A stretch of DNA of 64,000 nucleotides, from the NCBI GenBank assembly GCA_965216875.1, contig OZ244207.1, positions 352,001-416,000 on the forward strand. Reading direction: 5' to 3'. Source of the stretch: Rubripirellula sp. GTDB lineage: Bacteria > Planctomycetota > Planctomycetia > Pirellulales > Pirellulaceae. Below are positions 30,603-40,385 of this stretch, piece by piece (the first letter of the stretch is position 1; every line of letters starts with the position of its first letter). A program made the translations under genes and the position numbers. The notes beneath the pieces are model-generated. The model did not search any database. It saw only the letters and a list, made by a program, of their open reading frames with translations, and was not told the origin of the DNA.

Positions 30603-31172
30603 TCAGGATGCTTGATCGCTCGGAGCTTTGTACATCACGTCCGTGCGCAAGACGTACTTGATTCCCGACTCCACCGTTGCGCCTTCATGCAATTGGCGGT
30701 GCCGAAAAAGCAGCAGACTACCGGCCCGCGGTGGGACTTGGAAATGAGGCCCAAAAAAGGTTGTCTGACCGCCTTCGAAGTCATCGTTCAAATACATCAA
30801 AAAGGTGTATTCGCTACGCTCGCCATTCTCGCGTTTGTAGGCCCCGTCGAAGTGTTGGGTGAATGCTTGGCCCGGTTCGTACTTGTAGAATCGGAAACGC
30901 TCATTCAGACCGATCGCTTGGCGTTTGGCGACCGGCGAGACGATGTGATCTTTGGATTGTGCCCAAAGGTCGCTGGCAAGAGCAGGATCGTCCAAGATGA
31001 CGCGTGTGTTGTTGCGAATGTCTTTGCGCATCACCGGGCCTGATCGCGTGGTGATGGGAGCATCAATGAAACCGATTGATTCGCCGAGATTGATGAAGTC
31101 CTGACACTGCGTTGGCGTCAGGAATTCGTGAACCACGTAGACTTTGTTTCCATTGAATTGCTCGGTCTGCAT
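30603..31172 (-). CDS. 2-oxoglutarate/Fe(II) oxygenase, prolyl-4-hydroxylase-like
   Basis: RFYKY, HFD, YLN, GGQT, HEG, KYVLRTD; AAGGAG SD. Confidence 0.9.
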   Translation of the reverse strand: MQTEQFNGNKVYVVHEFLTPTQCQDFINLGESIGFIDAPITTRSGPVMRKDIRNNTRVILDDPALASDLWAQSKDHIVSPVAKRQAIGLNERFRFYKYEPGQAFTQHFDGAYKRENGERSEYTFLMYLNDDFEGGQTTFFGPHFQVPPRAGSLLLFRHRQLHEGATVESGIKYVLRTDVMYKAPSDQAS

Positions 31173-31357
31173 CCGCAATCTCCTTTGGATCGGATTCGAT
31201 TGACTTTGAACGCTCCATCAAAAAGACACCCACATCCGATGCAGGTTCGGCGCCGAGACGCCTTCGTGCTAGGACAGCGGCGTCATTGCTATAATTTGAG
31301 TTTTACGTGTGGCTTGCAGTGCCCACGCGCCCATTCATCCTCTCGCACAGACTTGTC

Positions 31358-32029
31358 ATGACGGACCAAGCTCATCCAGAAGCGGGCGGATCGGACGAGG
31401 ACAGCTCGGACCGTGACGACGTCGATTCTCTCGAAACACCAACGCTCGTCTACACCGCCAACGGCAACCTCGAAGCTCATTCCGCCGTCACTTGGCTTCG
31501 GTACAACGGGATTCGAGCCTTTGCTGTCGAGGACAACTCGGGCGCGAGTTTGTTCGTTTTCGGAACGATCAGTCAGTTCCACAAACCGCAAGTCTTTGTG
31601 GAGAAACAAGAGCTCCGTAACGCGCGTGACCTTTTGAGGCAGTTTGAGACTCAGCGGAGCCAGCGACGTCGTGATCACGAAGATCAATCGCCGATCGAAG
31701 CGGAGTGCGAAGAGTGTGGCGCGGTGAGCGAGTTTCCTGCTTCTCAGGATGGCACGACACAGAATTGTCCCAAGTGCAATGCGTACATGGATGTTGGCAG
31801 CACCGGCTTTCCTGATGATTTCGATTTTGGCGAAGTCGACCAGGCACCGGCTCGCGAGCTAACGGTGGACGAGGCGCTCGATGCCGCGGCGCAGCTTGAC
31901 TCCGAGGGCGACTGGGACGAGGCGATCAACGCATTTCGTGAGATTGCGACGCGCTGGCCCGAACACGCAACCTATGCGTCCAACAGCATCGCGGCGATTC
32001 AAGCCAAGATCGATGCGGCAAAGGGTTGA
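31358..32029 (+). CDS. DUF2007-like domain protein with zinc ribbon and C-terminal TPR-like helix pair
   Basis: VYTANGNLEAH...L...GI N-terminal domain; CEEC...CPKC; WDEAINAFREIA. Confidence 0.75.
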   Translation: MTDQAHPEAGGSDEDSSDRDDVDSLETPTLVYTANGNLEAHSAVTWLRYNGIRAFAVEDNSGASLFVFGTISQFHKPQVFVEKQELRNARDLLRQFETQRSQRRRDHEDQSPIEAECEECGAVSEFPASQDGTTQNCPKCNAYMDVGSTGFPDDFDFGEVDQAPARELTVDEALDAAAQLDSEGDWDEAINAFREIATRWPEHATYASNSIAAIQAKIDAAKG

Positions 32030-32115
32030 TTGGATCGCCGTTCCATTCGGTCACTCGATGCATCATTGGATGCACGCTTGGGCGATCGAGCGATACTCGA
32101 CCACCTTCCAATCGG

Positions 32116-32244
32116 CCGATGCTCAATCGCACGCTAGGCTCGCATGGTACGTTCTGGCTCTACGGGATCATCTGCTTGATGGGAGCCCTCGTGTTGGCAA
32201 TCAAGCTGCCCGAAACCAAGGGGCATTCTCTCGAGCAGATTCAA
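32116..32244 (+). pseudogene. Relic C-terminal fragment of an MFS sugar-porter gene
   Basis: PMLNRTLGSHGTFWLYGIICLMGALVLAIKLPETKGHSLEQI matches the last TM helix plus the PETKGxSLEEI signature; the rest of the gene is absent. Confidence 0.75.
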
Positions 32245-32376
32245 TCGAACGAGCATTCGCGAGCTGCGGACACATCCCCGGAAACCTGCTGACGGCACGC
32301 TCGGACGCACCCAAGCAAAGCCCTGCCTTTGCTGTTTATCCAACCGTCCTTGCCTGTTCCCCTGCCCCGGCTCCAT

Positions 32377-32468
<92 letters not shown>

Positions 32469-32582
32469 GCCAAGGTGATGCAATCCGAATCGACCCGTGC
32501 TAGTATCGTTCAGAGCAACAGTGCCCCATTTAGATCGATTGGGGCGTGACGACTCGCGTCTCTTTTTGGATCGGCGATCTCC

Positions 32583-33203
32583 ATGAAAACCAATCGATGT
32601 TTTGTACTGATTGCAGTTTCGTGCCTGCTCGGTCTGGCAGGAGCAACCACAGTATCAGGAGCAGAGGATTCTCAGACGAAGACGGCGACGTTTGGGGGTG
32701 GTTGTTACTGGTGTGTTGAAGCAGTCTTTCAACGAATCGAAGGGGTTTCCAATGTTCGGCCCGGATTCATGGGCGGGCGTAACGCGAACCCGACCTACCA
32801 GCAGGTGCTGACTGGTCGTACCGGGCACGTCGAAGTCATTCAGTTGGAATACGATCCCAGTGTGGTTTCATTCGAAACGTTGTTGCAGGTGTTTTGGCGA
32901 ACGCACGATCCGACCACGCGCAATCGGCAAGGTCCCGATATCGGGAGCCAGTATCGAAGCGTGGTCTTCTTTCATTCGGATGAGCAACGCGAAGTCGCCA
33001 ACGACTACAAGCGATTACTCAACCGGCAGAAGGCGTTTCGATCACCGATCGTCACCAAAATCGAAAAGGCCAAAGAGTTTTATCCGACAGATGCGGACCA
33101 TCTGAACTACTTCAACCGCAATTCCAAAAAGCAGTACTGCGAAACCTACATTGTCCCCAAGCTGGAAAAGCTCAAGAAGGAGTTTTCGGACAAGCTCAAG
33201 TAG
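32583..33203 (+). CDS. msrA: Peptide methionine sulfoxide reductase A with signal peptide
   Basis: FGGGCYWCVEA, TGHVEV, HDPT, RQGPDIGSQYRS. Confidence 0.95.
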   Translation: MKTNRCFVLIAVSCLLGLAGATTVSGAEDSQTKTATFGGGCYWCVEAVFQRIEGVSNVRPGFMGGRNANPTYQQVLTGRTGHVEVIQLEYDPSVVSFETLLQVFWRTHDPTTRNRQGPDIGSQYRSVVFFHSDEQREVANDYKRLLNRQKAFRSPIVTKIEKAKEFYPTDADHLNYFNRNSKKQYCETYIVPKLEKLKKEFSDKLK

Positions 33204-33247
33204 AGAATCGTTGCGTATTGATCGTCGAACGAATCAAAGTCCAGCGT

Positions 33248-34804
33248 CTAGATTTCTGGCGTTGGCGTTTCGCACAGTTTGCGAAGTTTCTTCGGCACGC
33301 GATTGAGTGGGACGGCGGCGACACCATACATCACCATGGGCTCGCCCCAGTTCAGTTCTTCATTGGATCCCATTTGTATCTTCGACGGACGATTGACCAA
33401 ACACATCCATATGGAAAGCTCTCGGTCGACACTCACGCCCGCCCCGATACCCGGTTCGTCACGATCAAGGAAGGAACCGTTTTCGAAGATATGGGGGCCT
33501 TCATCCAAACCGATGACGTCGCCAGTTTGGACATAGTTGTCGGTGAGCCAAGCGGGGTGTGGTAGTCGATCGTCCCAGAAAACGAAGACGCCAGCAGCTT
33601 GGGCAAGGCTGAGATAGATTTCGACGTCGTATTGGCGTTTACGGTTGTTGAAGAGTTTGACGTAGTCCGCCCCAACCAGATAGTTGGGGATGCCTCGCGA
33701 ATCGGCACCGTTCCATTGGTGATAACCACGATCGGCATAGGCCAACGCATCTTCGCGAAGTCCCGCGGGAACGATTTCATAGAAGCAGCGTCGACCCGCT
33801 TTGGTTTTCAAGTTGTCGGTGACACCGGAAATGACGCTCGCCTTGGGGACGGCGAAACGTCCCGTTTCATTGGCTGAGGGAAACCAATGCGAGACAATGG
33901 CTTCAAGCGCTTGGACGTCTCCTGCCGGGCTCAGTTGAAGCCCTTCGCCGATCCGCAGCCGTCGTGGTTGCGTGCTCGCGTTGAAGGCCGTGCTTTTGAC
34001 GTCGACTTCGCCGGAAAAGACGGCGACGCTTGTGGTTTCGTCGTCGCCGACGCGGACACCAAACTGCGTGCCCAGATCGACCACGTCCGCGCTCGGCGTT
34101 TCGACTGAGAATCCGATTGCCTCGGGGCCAACCGACGCACGCATTTGTCCTTGTTCAAGCCAAACGCGCATGCGTGAAATCGGTGTGATTGACGTCGGGC
34201 CGCGGACAGTGACTTCCGCGCCGTTATCGAAATCGAGATCGAGTTGGCCGCCAAACAGGATGACTTCTTCGCCCGCTCGCACCTGGGCGGTTCTTTCGTA
34301 AATGCGACGGTTACCGATAAACCAGCGGACATTGTCTCCTTTACCACTTACCGTTGCGGTGGCGACCTTCTCGTTGTCGTTCGAACGTGTCAAAGCAAAT
34401 GGGGCGACGACGGCAAGGACCGCTGCTGCGATCGCCACAACGATGGCAAGCTTGCGGCTGTGACTGGTTTGAGATCGCGTCGGTGCGGCGTCGTACTGTT
34501 CGGCCTCGTATCGTTCGGCGTCGACAACACATGCCTGGGTCAACTCCAGATCGCAACTCGTTTGGTCATCCAGCACCGACCGTGCTTGCTCTTGCGAGAT
34601 CGCATTGATCGAAAACCAAGCGTGGATTTGTCGGTAGTCAGAATAGATCTCGCGGGCACGTTGGCTCGACTTGAGGATCTCTTGCAACCGCTGGAAATCG
34701 GCAGCGTCGATGGTGTTCTCGCAGTGCGCCGCCGCGAGCATTCGAATCTCGCCTTCATCGAGCGGCTCGTCAGGCGATCGGTTGCCTTGAATCGGTTGGT
34801 TCAT
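33248..34804 (-). CDS. FecR-domain anti-sigma factor
   Basis: N-terminal anti-sigma helix region, one TM, FecR motif GFSVETPSADVVDLGTQFGV; directly downstream of an ECF sigma. Confidence 0.88.
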   Translation of the reverse strand: MNQPIQGNRSPDEPLDEGEIRMLAAAHCENTIDAADFQRLQEILKSSQRAREIYSDYRQIHAWFSINAISQEQARSVLDDQTSCDLELTQACVVDAERYEAEQYDAAPTRSQTSHSRKLAIVVAIAAAVLAVVAPFALTRSNDNEKVATATVSGKGDNVRWFIGNRRIYERTAQVRAGEEVILFGGQLDLDFDNGAEVTVRGPTSITPISRMRVWLEQGQMRASVGPEAIGFSVETPSADVVDLGTQFGVRVGDDETTSVAVFSGEVDVKSTAFNASTQPRRLRIGEGLQLSPAGDVQALEAIVSHWFPSANETGRFAVPKASVISGVTDNLKTKAGRRCFYEIVPAGLREDALAYADRGYHQWNGADSRGIPNYLVGADYVKLFNNRKRQYDVEIYLSLAQAAGVFVFWDDRLPHPAWLTDNYVQTGDVIGLDEGPHIFENGSFLDRDEPGIGAGVSVDRELSIWMCLVNRPSKIQMGSNEELNWGEPMVMYGVAAVPLNRVPKKLRKLCETPTPEI

Positions 34805-34816
34805 CGCGTTCTCTCG

Positions 34817-35344
34817 TTAGTTAACCAGTTTCTGACGGGAGATCGTGCGTTCAACACAGCGTTGTAACGAACCACGAATTCGCGCTAGACGTTTGTAAAT
34901 GGTGCTTTCTGGGGCGCCCGATGCGTTTGCAAGCCGATGGACGTTTTCGCCTTCGAGGTACCGGCGTTCAATCAATTCACGATCGGGTAGCGGCAACTTT
35001 TTGAGGCATTGGCGAACCATGTCAAATCGTTGCTCTTCCTGACGCTCGATTTGTTCCATCGAAAGCGTCTCCATCAAGCTCTCGTCGAACCAAAGCCGAT
35101 CTCGGGCGTGGCGCTGTCGATAACGCAACACGCAGTTGTACGCGATGCCGCACGCCCAGGGCAGGAACTCTCGTTCCGGGTCGTACTTTTCCATCGACTG
35201 CCAGAGGGCGATCGAAACTTCCTGCATCAAATCATCGACGTCGCTTCGGTTGGACACGAGCGTTGTCAGGTAGCCGTAAATTCCCCATTGGTTTTTCGTC
35301 AAAAAGCAGACGAAATCCTCTTTGGATATCTGTACGGATGACAA
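34817..35344 (-). CDS. ECF sigma-70 family factor
   Basis: DVDDLMQEV, FLPWACGIAYN, C-terminal HTH TIYKRLARIRGSL; TTG start. Confidence 0.92.
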   Translation of the reverse strand: MSSVQISKEDFVCFLTKNQWGIYGYLTTLVSNRSDVDDLMQEVSIALWQSMEKYDPEREFLPWACGIAYNCVLRYRQRHARDRLWFDESLMETLSMEQIERQEEQRFDMVRQCLKKLPLPDRELIERRYLEGENVHRLANASGAPESTIYKRLARIRGSLQRCVERTISRQKLVN

Positions 35345-35395
35345 CGTGGAAACCCCAACAAAAACAGCCAGCAGTGGTGGTGGCGTGTGTCACTT

Positions 35396-35535
35396 GGCAA
35401 TGTGCAACGGTGTCGGCAACGTGCAACGGTGGCCGCAGCCGTGTTCGGTCGACCGTGACCCTCGCGACCGACATGCAGCGTTCATACGAATTGCACATCA
35501 ACTCAATGCGCCCTCGCGAACTCAATGCGCCCTCG
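35396..35535. repeat. Two pairs of 17-bp direct repeats, each with 19-bp period
   Basis: GGCAAYGTGCAACGGTG at 35396 and 35415; AACTCAATGCGCCCTCG at 35500 and 35519. Confidence 0.8.
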
Positions 35536-35843
35536 AGGCGAAATTGAGACGGGCTCTGGCACAGTAGACCCTGAGCAGCCTATTCCACAGTGCCGACGCC
35601 TTTTTGCCATTGAATCTTAGAAAAAAACAAAAACATGTCTTTTCTGAAACTTGCTGCAAATTTTTTGGCAATTTGAACACCCAGCGTTGAATACCGACCG
35701 GCGGATTTCACCCGCCTGAGTCACCCGTGTGACGCCCCCACTGTTGCGGGGACTTTTCTGATTCGATTCAGCGTTTTCCCGGGCACCTCATTCAGGGCTC
35801 GGTTTCATCTTTCTTCTGCAGACTTTTCTTTGAAGGTTTATCA

Positions 35844-37106
35844 ATGCAGTCAGTTCACCACAAACGCGCAGGGTTCACGCTCGTGGAACTGTTGGTGGTC
35901 ATTGCGATCATCGGCGTTCTTGTCGGGCTACTCCTGCCAGCTGTCCAAGCTGCTCGCGAAGCGGCAAGGCGGATGTCGTGCAGCAACAATTTCAAGCAAA
36001 TTGGGCTCGGCATTCACAACTACCATTCGGCATTCAAACAGCTGCCGACCAACATGACGGGCACCGACCGTGCCTACAACGGAGACATCACCTACAACAG
36101 CAGCCGGTTGAGATTGAGTTACCACGTTGCCTTGCTGCCCTACATCGAACAGCAAGCATTGTGGGAACAGATTTCCAATCCAAGCACCGATCTGGCACCT
36201 GGCGTCAATGCGATGCCCGGTCAAGTCACCAACGGAACTTGGCCGCCGATGGGGCCCGCGCCATGGCGTCAACAATACCGTCCATGGGCGACCAAGGTTC
36301 CGACGTTGCGTTGCCCAAGTGATCCAGGTCAAGGCGTGCAATTGGGACGCACCAACTACGCCGCCAGCTATGGTGATTCGTTCAACTATGCATGGAACGG
36401 TGGAAAGAACGAGCGTGGCTATGTCCAAAATGGCAACGGCGACGCCAACGACTTTGACGAAAACTGGATGGTGACTCGCGCTCAGGCGGGCCAGCGTGGT
36501 TTCTTCCGCGGTCGTACGGAAATGAAATTCCGCGACGTGCTCGACGGGCTGTCCAACACCGTCGCTGCTGGTGAAATCTGCACTTCACTTGGCCAGCGAG
36601 AAACAAAGGCTGATTACGTTCGTGGCTTGACCGCCTTGCTTTTCCCAGGTGGTGGTGAGCACATTGGTGTTCCGATCAACTGCGCTACGGGAACCCATAT
36701 CGATCCCGAACGCCCGTCGTTCTTCGCCGTTAGTGCGAACGTCAACGGCGGGATCAACAACGGGCGTGGCGCACGCTGGGCCGATGGGCGGATCGCCTAC
36801 AACGGTATTCAAACGATCTTGCCGCCCAACAGTCCAAGTTGCGTCCGGAACAACAGCGACGGCAACCATGGCTTCTGGAGTGTCAGTAGTCGTCACCAAG
36901 GTGGGGCTCACATTTTGATGGGCGACGGTGCGGTGATTTTTATGACCGACAGCGTCGAAGCGGGTGACCAGACTCAGCCAACGGTCTGTCGTAATGGGCC
37001 GAGTCCGTGGGTCAACATCGCTGGCGTTCAAAGTCCGTATGGGCTTTGGGGAGCGATGGGCTCTCGCGCTCACAAAGAAACGATCGAAGAAGAGCTCAAC
37101 CAATAG
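35844..37106 (+). CDS. DUF1559 family prepilin-type N-terminal cleavage/methylation protein
   Basis: GFTLVELLVVIAIIGVLVGLLLPAVQAAREAARRMSCSNN, RDVLDGLSNT, SRHQGGAHILMGDG (H-X9-DG). Confidence 0.95.
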   Translation: MQSVHHKRAGFTLVELLVVIAIIGVLVGLLLPAVQAAREAARRMSCSNNFKQIGLGIHNYHSAFKQLPTNMTGTDRAYNGDITYNSSRLRLSYHVALLPYIEQQALWEQISNPSTDLAPGVNAMPGQVTNGTWPPMGPAPWRQQYRPWATKVPTLRCPSDPGQGVQLGRTNYAASYGDSFNYAWNGGKNERGYVQNGNGDANDFDENWMVTRAQAGQRGFFRGRTEMKFRDVLDGLSNTVAAGEICTSLGQRETKADYVRGLTALLFPGGGEHIGVPINCATGTHIDPERPSFFAVSANVNGGINNGRGARWADGRIAYNGIQTILPPNSPSCVRNNSDGNHGFWSVSSRHQGGAHILMGDGAVIFMTDSVEAGDQTQPTVCRNGPSPWVNIAGVQSPYGLWGAMGSRAHKETIEEELNQ

Positions 37107-37138
37107 TCAGGTTGAGTTTTTACAGCAACGCTTACTCA

Positions 37139-37166
37139 ACACGTCGCCCGCGTGCGGGCGGCGTGT
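37139..37166 (+). promoter_or_regulatory. Intercistronic GC-rich stem-loop
   Basis: ACACGTCGCCCGC / GCGGGCGGCGTGT inverted repeat between the DUF1559 and lipoprotein genes. Confidence 0.5.
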
Positions 37167-37197
37167 GTTCCTTTGATTGGAAGAATTCAATAACACA

Positions 37198-37377
37198 ATG
37201 ACCAAACTGATCAACTTCGCAATGTTCACTCTCTGCGCCTTGGTTGTCGCAGGATGCTCAAGCAACACGCCTGTCGCTATCGAGCAGACGATGAGCCAAG
37301 AAGAAATCGACCGTATGGATGCTGAATACGAGGCCGAAATGGAAGCGGCCGAAAACGATACGCTTGGCGAAGGCTAA
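37198..37377 (+). CDS. Small acidic lipoprotein, DUF1559 partner
   Basis: MTKLINF...VVAGC lipobox; 59 aa. Confidence 0.8.
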   Translation: MTKLINFAMFTLCALVVAGCSSNTPVAIEQTMSQEEIDRMDAEYEAEMEAAENDTLGEG

Positions 37378-37516
37378 ACCAAACCCATTCGTACACACTC
37401 GCTGTGGTCAACACCGTTCGTAGTCCCGCTTTTGGGCGGATGATCCTGAGGATTCCGGCAGTGCAATCGCACTACGAACAGACGCCCAGCAACGAATCTC
37501 AGCCCCGACGCAACGA

Positions 37517-38812
37517 TCATTTGTTGCGTCGGGCTTTTTTCGAAATCGCAGCCAGCTTCCAGTATGCAGCAAGATGGAAGATCACCCCACAGCTGCTGTG
37601 CGCGGAATAGTCGATTCGCGCCATGACTTCCTCAAGGTGCGCTCTTTGCTCCGCGGTTGCCTCAGCATTCGGGCTCATCAGGGGTATCAACGCCGCCTCG
37701 CCCGCTTCGCGACTGACATGCCAGATACGGCGGTACTCGCCCCACTGCGGGTTTGGGTACGTGTCGAGGTTGATCCATTTCGGCACGTTGCGCCAGTTCG
37801 GTCCGAGCATCGCCAACTGCTCAGGCGTAAGCCCCTTGAGGGCAAGGTTCGTATGCCTTTGCCGCTCCAAGGCGAGTTCGCTGACGTGTTGCATCGTTGT
37901 TGCAATCTCAGCTCTAAGCTCTGGTTCGGGCTCAAGCTGATGAAGTAGCTCCAGTGAAGCTTGCATTTGTAGTAGGGCATAAGCAGGGTTGTGTTTGCTT
38001 GGAGCCTTCGATTGTTCACACGCATCGACGATGTATCGGCGCCATTGATCGTGGTACACAGGATTGCGTGTGACATCCCATGCCGCCGCATAGATCATGG
38101 GAAGTCTTGCTGCTTCGTGAGCCTGTACTTGCCACATGCGGCAGATCCCCAGCGGACATCGAGATCCGTCGGCGCGACCAAAGTCGTAGTTGTTCTCTGC
38201 TGTGACGAATTCGAGCATTCGATCCGCAACCTCCGAGAGGCGTGTTTTGATTTGCTGCTTTGTCGCATCGTCAGCAAGTCCACTGCGGTAGTACTTCCAA
38301 AGCCCATGCACAAAGTGGGTGTATTGGTCGCGCGATGAGTTGATGTAGACACTTTCGCCATCTTCTACACAGACATTCCTGGCAATGAAGCCAGGGACGT
38401 TGTGTACGGTGGCACATCGGTTCATGCCGCGAAAAACGCGTTTGGCTTTAGATTTCAAACTCGCGTCTGCGGTAACTGAATAGCGATCCGAAAGGGTGCT
38501 AAGCATGGCACCTCCAAGGATCATCCCGTCCTCCATTCCAGTGCTATAGCCGCATGGATTGGGGTATTGGCGTTTCACTTCATCAGCGCTGGGAAGGTGA
38601 GCAAGCTCGCGGCCATCGGAGTAGCTGCTCAAGTAGTCCATGAAGGTCTCGGTGCCGCTATGAAAAAAACGATTCCAAGTGACGTCCCAAGCCTGTTCGA
38701 CGCACGAAGGGGAGTGCGGAGGTTGGGCACGTGAGGGGGCGTCGTTGGTTAGCGCAATCGAGAGTGCGATCAACCAAGAAAATGGGGTCGGACGCGTAAA
38801 ACGAGTGATCAT
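37517..38812 (-). CDS. Secreted hypothetical protein, possibly (alpha/alpha)-barrel glycosidase-like
   Basis: Signal peptide; helical with aromatic-rich motifs (TGMED, GFIAR, SSRDQYTH). Start ATG 38812 or GTG 38839. Confidence 0.7.
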   Translation of the reverse strand: MITRFTRPTPFSWLIALSIALTNDAPSRAQPPHSPSCVEQAWDVTWNRFFHSGTETFMDYLSSYSDGRELAHLPSADEVKRQYPNPCGYSTGMEDGMILGGAMLSTLSDRYSVTADASLKSKAKRVFRGMNRCATVHNVPGFIARNVCVEDGESVYINSSRDQYTHFVHGLWKYYRSGLADDATKQQIKTRLSEVADRMLEFVTAENNYDFGRADGSRCPLGICRMWQVQAHEAARLPMIYAAAWDVTRNPVYHDQWRRYIVDACEQSKAPSKHNPAYALLQMQASLELLHQLEPEPELRAEIATTMQHVSELALERQRHTNLALKGLTPEQLAMLGPNWRNVPKWINLDTYPNPQWGEYRRIWHVSREAGEAALIPLMSPNAEATAEQRAHLEEVMARIDYSAHSSCGVIFHLAAYWKLAAISKKARRNK

Positions 38813-38895
38813 CGAGCTGTCGGGGCGAAAGGCAGGCACAGTTCAAGGCGGGCCCACATTTTAACCGCTCCTGAAACGAGTTCCCTGGGCTCAAG

Positions 38896-38932
38896 AAAAA
38901 CGCTCGCGGCAGCTGGGCTACCGCGAGCGTTT
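38896..38932 (-). terminator. Intrinsic terminator after the EF-Tu-like gene
   Basis: Stem AAACGCTCGCGG/CCGCGAGCGTTT ending in a T run on the minus strand, 20 nt past the stop. Confidence 0.8.
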
Positions 38933-38951
38933 CGCGTTTACCAATGATCGA

Positions 38952-40145
38952 CTAGTCGAGTACGCGGGTGACCACGCCTGAACCAACGGTGCGGCCGCCC
39001 TCGCGAATTGCGAAGCGGTCACCGTCACGAATCGCAATGGGTTGGCCAAGCGAAACATCGAGTTGAACGCCGTCGCCGGGCATCACCATGTCGATGCCAC
39101 CAAGCACGCGAGTTTTGCCCGTCACATTCGTCGTTCGAAAGAAGAATTGCGGTGTGTATCCGTCAAAGAACGGAGTGTGTCGACCGCCTTCTTCCTTCTT
39201 CAGCACGTACACTTCAGCCTCGAACCGTTGTCGCGGCATGATCGTGCCGGTAGCTGCCAAGACTTGCCCTTTGCAAATCATGTCATGGGCAGTCTTTCGC
39301 AAGAGCAGACCAACGCTGTCACCAGCTTGGCCGCTGCCCATTTCTTGACCGAACGATTCCACCTGAGTGACAACGTCGCGAGTCGGCTCGCTGGCGAGAC
39401 CAACGATCTCGATGTTGTCACCAGCTCGGACAATCCCCTGTTCGATCCGGCCGGTCACCACAGTCCCGCGTCCACCGATTGAGTAGACGTTTTCGACCGG
39501 CATCAACAATGGCTTGTCGACCGATCGAATGGGATCGGGAATCGCGTTGTCCAATGCAACAAGCAATTGCTCGATGCACTCGATCGCTTGCGGATCAGTA
39601 GGGTGATCGTGCGCGATCATCGCCGAACCTCGAATCACAGTGATGTCGTCACCGGGATACCCGAACTCGGACAGCAATTCACGCAGGTCCATCTCGACCA
39701 GGTCAAGCAACTCGGGGTCGTCGACCAGATCGCACTTGTTCATGAACACAACCAAATGGGGCACGCCAACTTGCCGTGCCAGCAGCAAGTGTTCGCGCGT
39801 TTGAGGCATCGGGCCATCGGCAGCCGATACCAACAACACCGCACCGTCCATCTGGGCAGCGCCGCTGATCATGTTCTTGATGTAGTCGGCGTGACCTGGG
39901 CAGTCGACATGCGCGTAGCGTCTGTTTTCAGTCTCATAACGAACGTGCGAAGCGATCACGGTGACTGTCTTGTTCTTGTCTCGAACAATACCTCCGCGCG
40001 CGATCGCCTCGTAGCTCTTGTAGTGGGCCAATCCCTTTTCGGACTGCACACGCAACAATGCCGAGGTCAAAGTCGTTTTTCCGTGGTCGATGTGACCGAT
40101 GGTGCCAACGTTGACAGCCGTCTTTTCGATAGCGATTTGAACCAT
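38952..40145 (-). CDS. tuf: Elongation factor Tu, divergent stand-alone copy (397 aa)
   Basis: [54 protein letters not shown] 10 nt before ATG 40145. Confidence 0.93.
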   Translation of the reverse strand: MVQIAIEKTAVNVGTIGHIDHGKTTLTSALLRVQSEKGLAHYKSYEAIARGGIVRDKNKTVTVIASHVRYETENRRYAHVDCPGHADYIKNMISGAAQMDGAVLLVSAADGPMPQTREHLLLARQVGVPHLVVFMNKCDLVDDPELLDLVEMDLRELLSEFGYPGDDITVIRGSAMIAHDHPTDPQAIECIEQLLVALDNAIPDPIRSVDKPLLMPVENVYSIGGRGTVVTGRIEQGIVRAGDNIEIVGLASEPTRDVVTQVESFGQEMGSGQAGDSVGLLLRKTAHDMICKGQVLAATGTIMPRQRFEAEVYVLKKEEGGRHTPFFDGYTPQFFFRTTNVTGKTRVLGGIDMVMPGDGVQLDVSLGQPIAIRDGDRFAIREGGRTVGSGVVTRVLD

Positions 40146-40317
40146 TGCTCGTAAACCTCCAGTTTCAAAGTGAACCGGTCGCGTCACTCGCCAGTGACCA
40201 AGGTGAGCAGCCTTGGAAACCTTTTTGCCCGCTCGGGCGCCAGAGGAACGACAACGACAACAAAGTGAATGGGATCCGGCGTATTTCACGCCATGCTTTG
40301 GGGACTTGATCACACAC

Positions 40318-40355
40318 AAAAAAAGCCCGCTCGATTTGCTCAATCGGGCGGGCTT
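40318..40355 (-). terminator. Intrinsic terminator in the tuf 5' leader (attenuator)
   Basis: Minus-strand RNA AAGCCCGC-C-CGAUU-GAGCA-AAUCG-A-GCGGGC-UUUUUUU, about 170 nt upstream of the tuf start. Confidence 0.85.
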
Positions 40356-40385
40356 GCGATTTGCGTCTCTTGCAATGCTCTTGCG

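Noticed and set aside
30603..31172. Prolyl hydroxylase acting on the nearby EF-Tu, as Pseudomonas PPHD does
   Set aside because: It lies about 8 kb away with unrelated genes between, and this EF-Tu has no Pro in its switch I loop
32583..33203. MsrA as a second selenoprotein
   Set aside because: The active-site codons are TGT (Cys) and there is no in-frame UGA
38952..40145. EF-Tu-like gene as SelB serving the selenoprotein
   Set aside because: It has EF-Tu length and motifs, with no C-terminal winged-helix SECIS-binding extension
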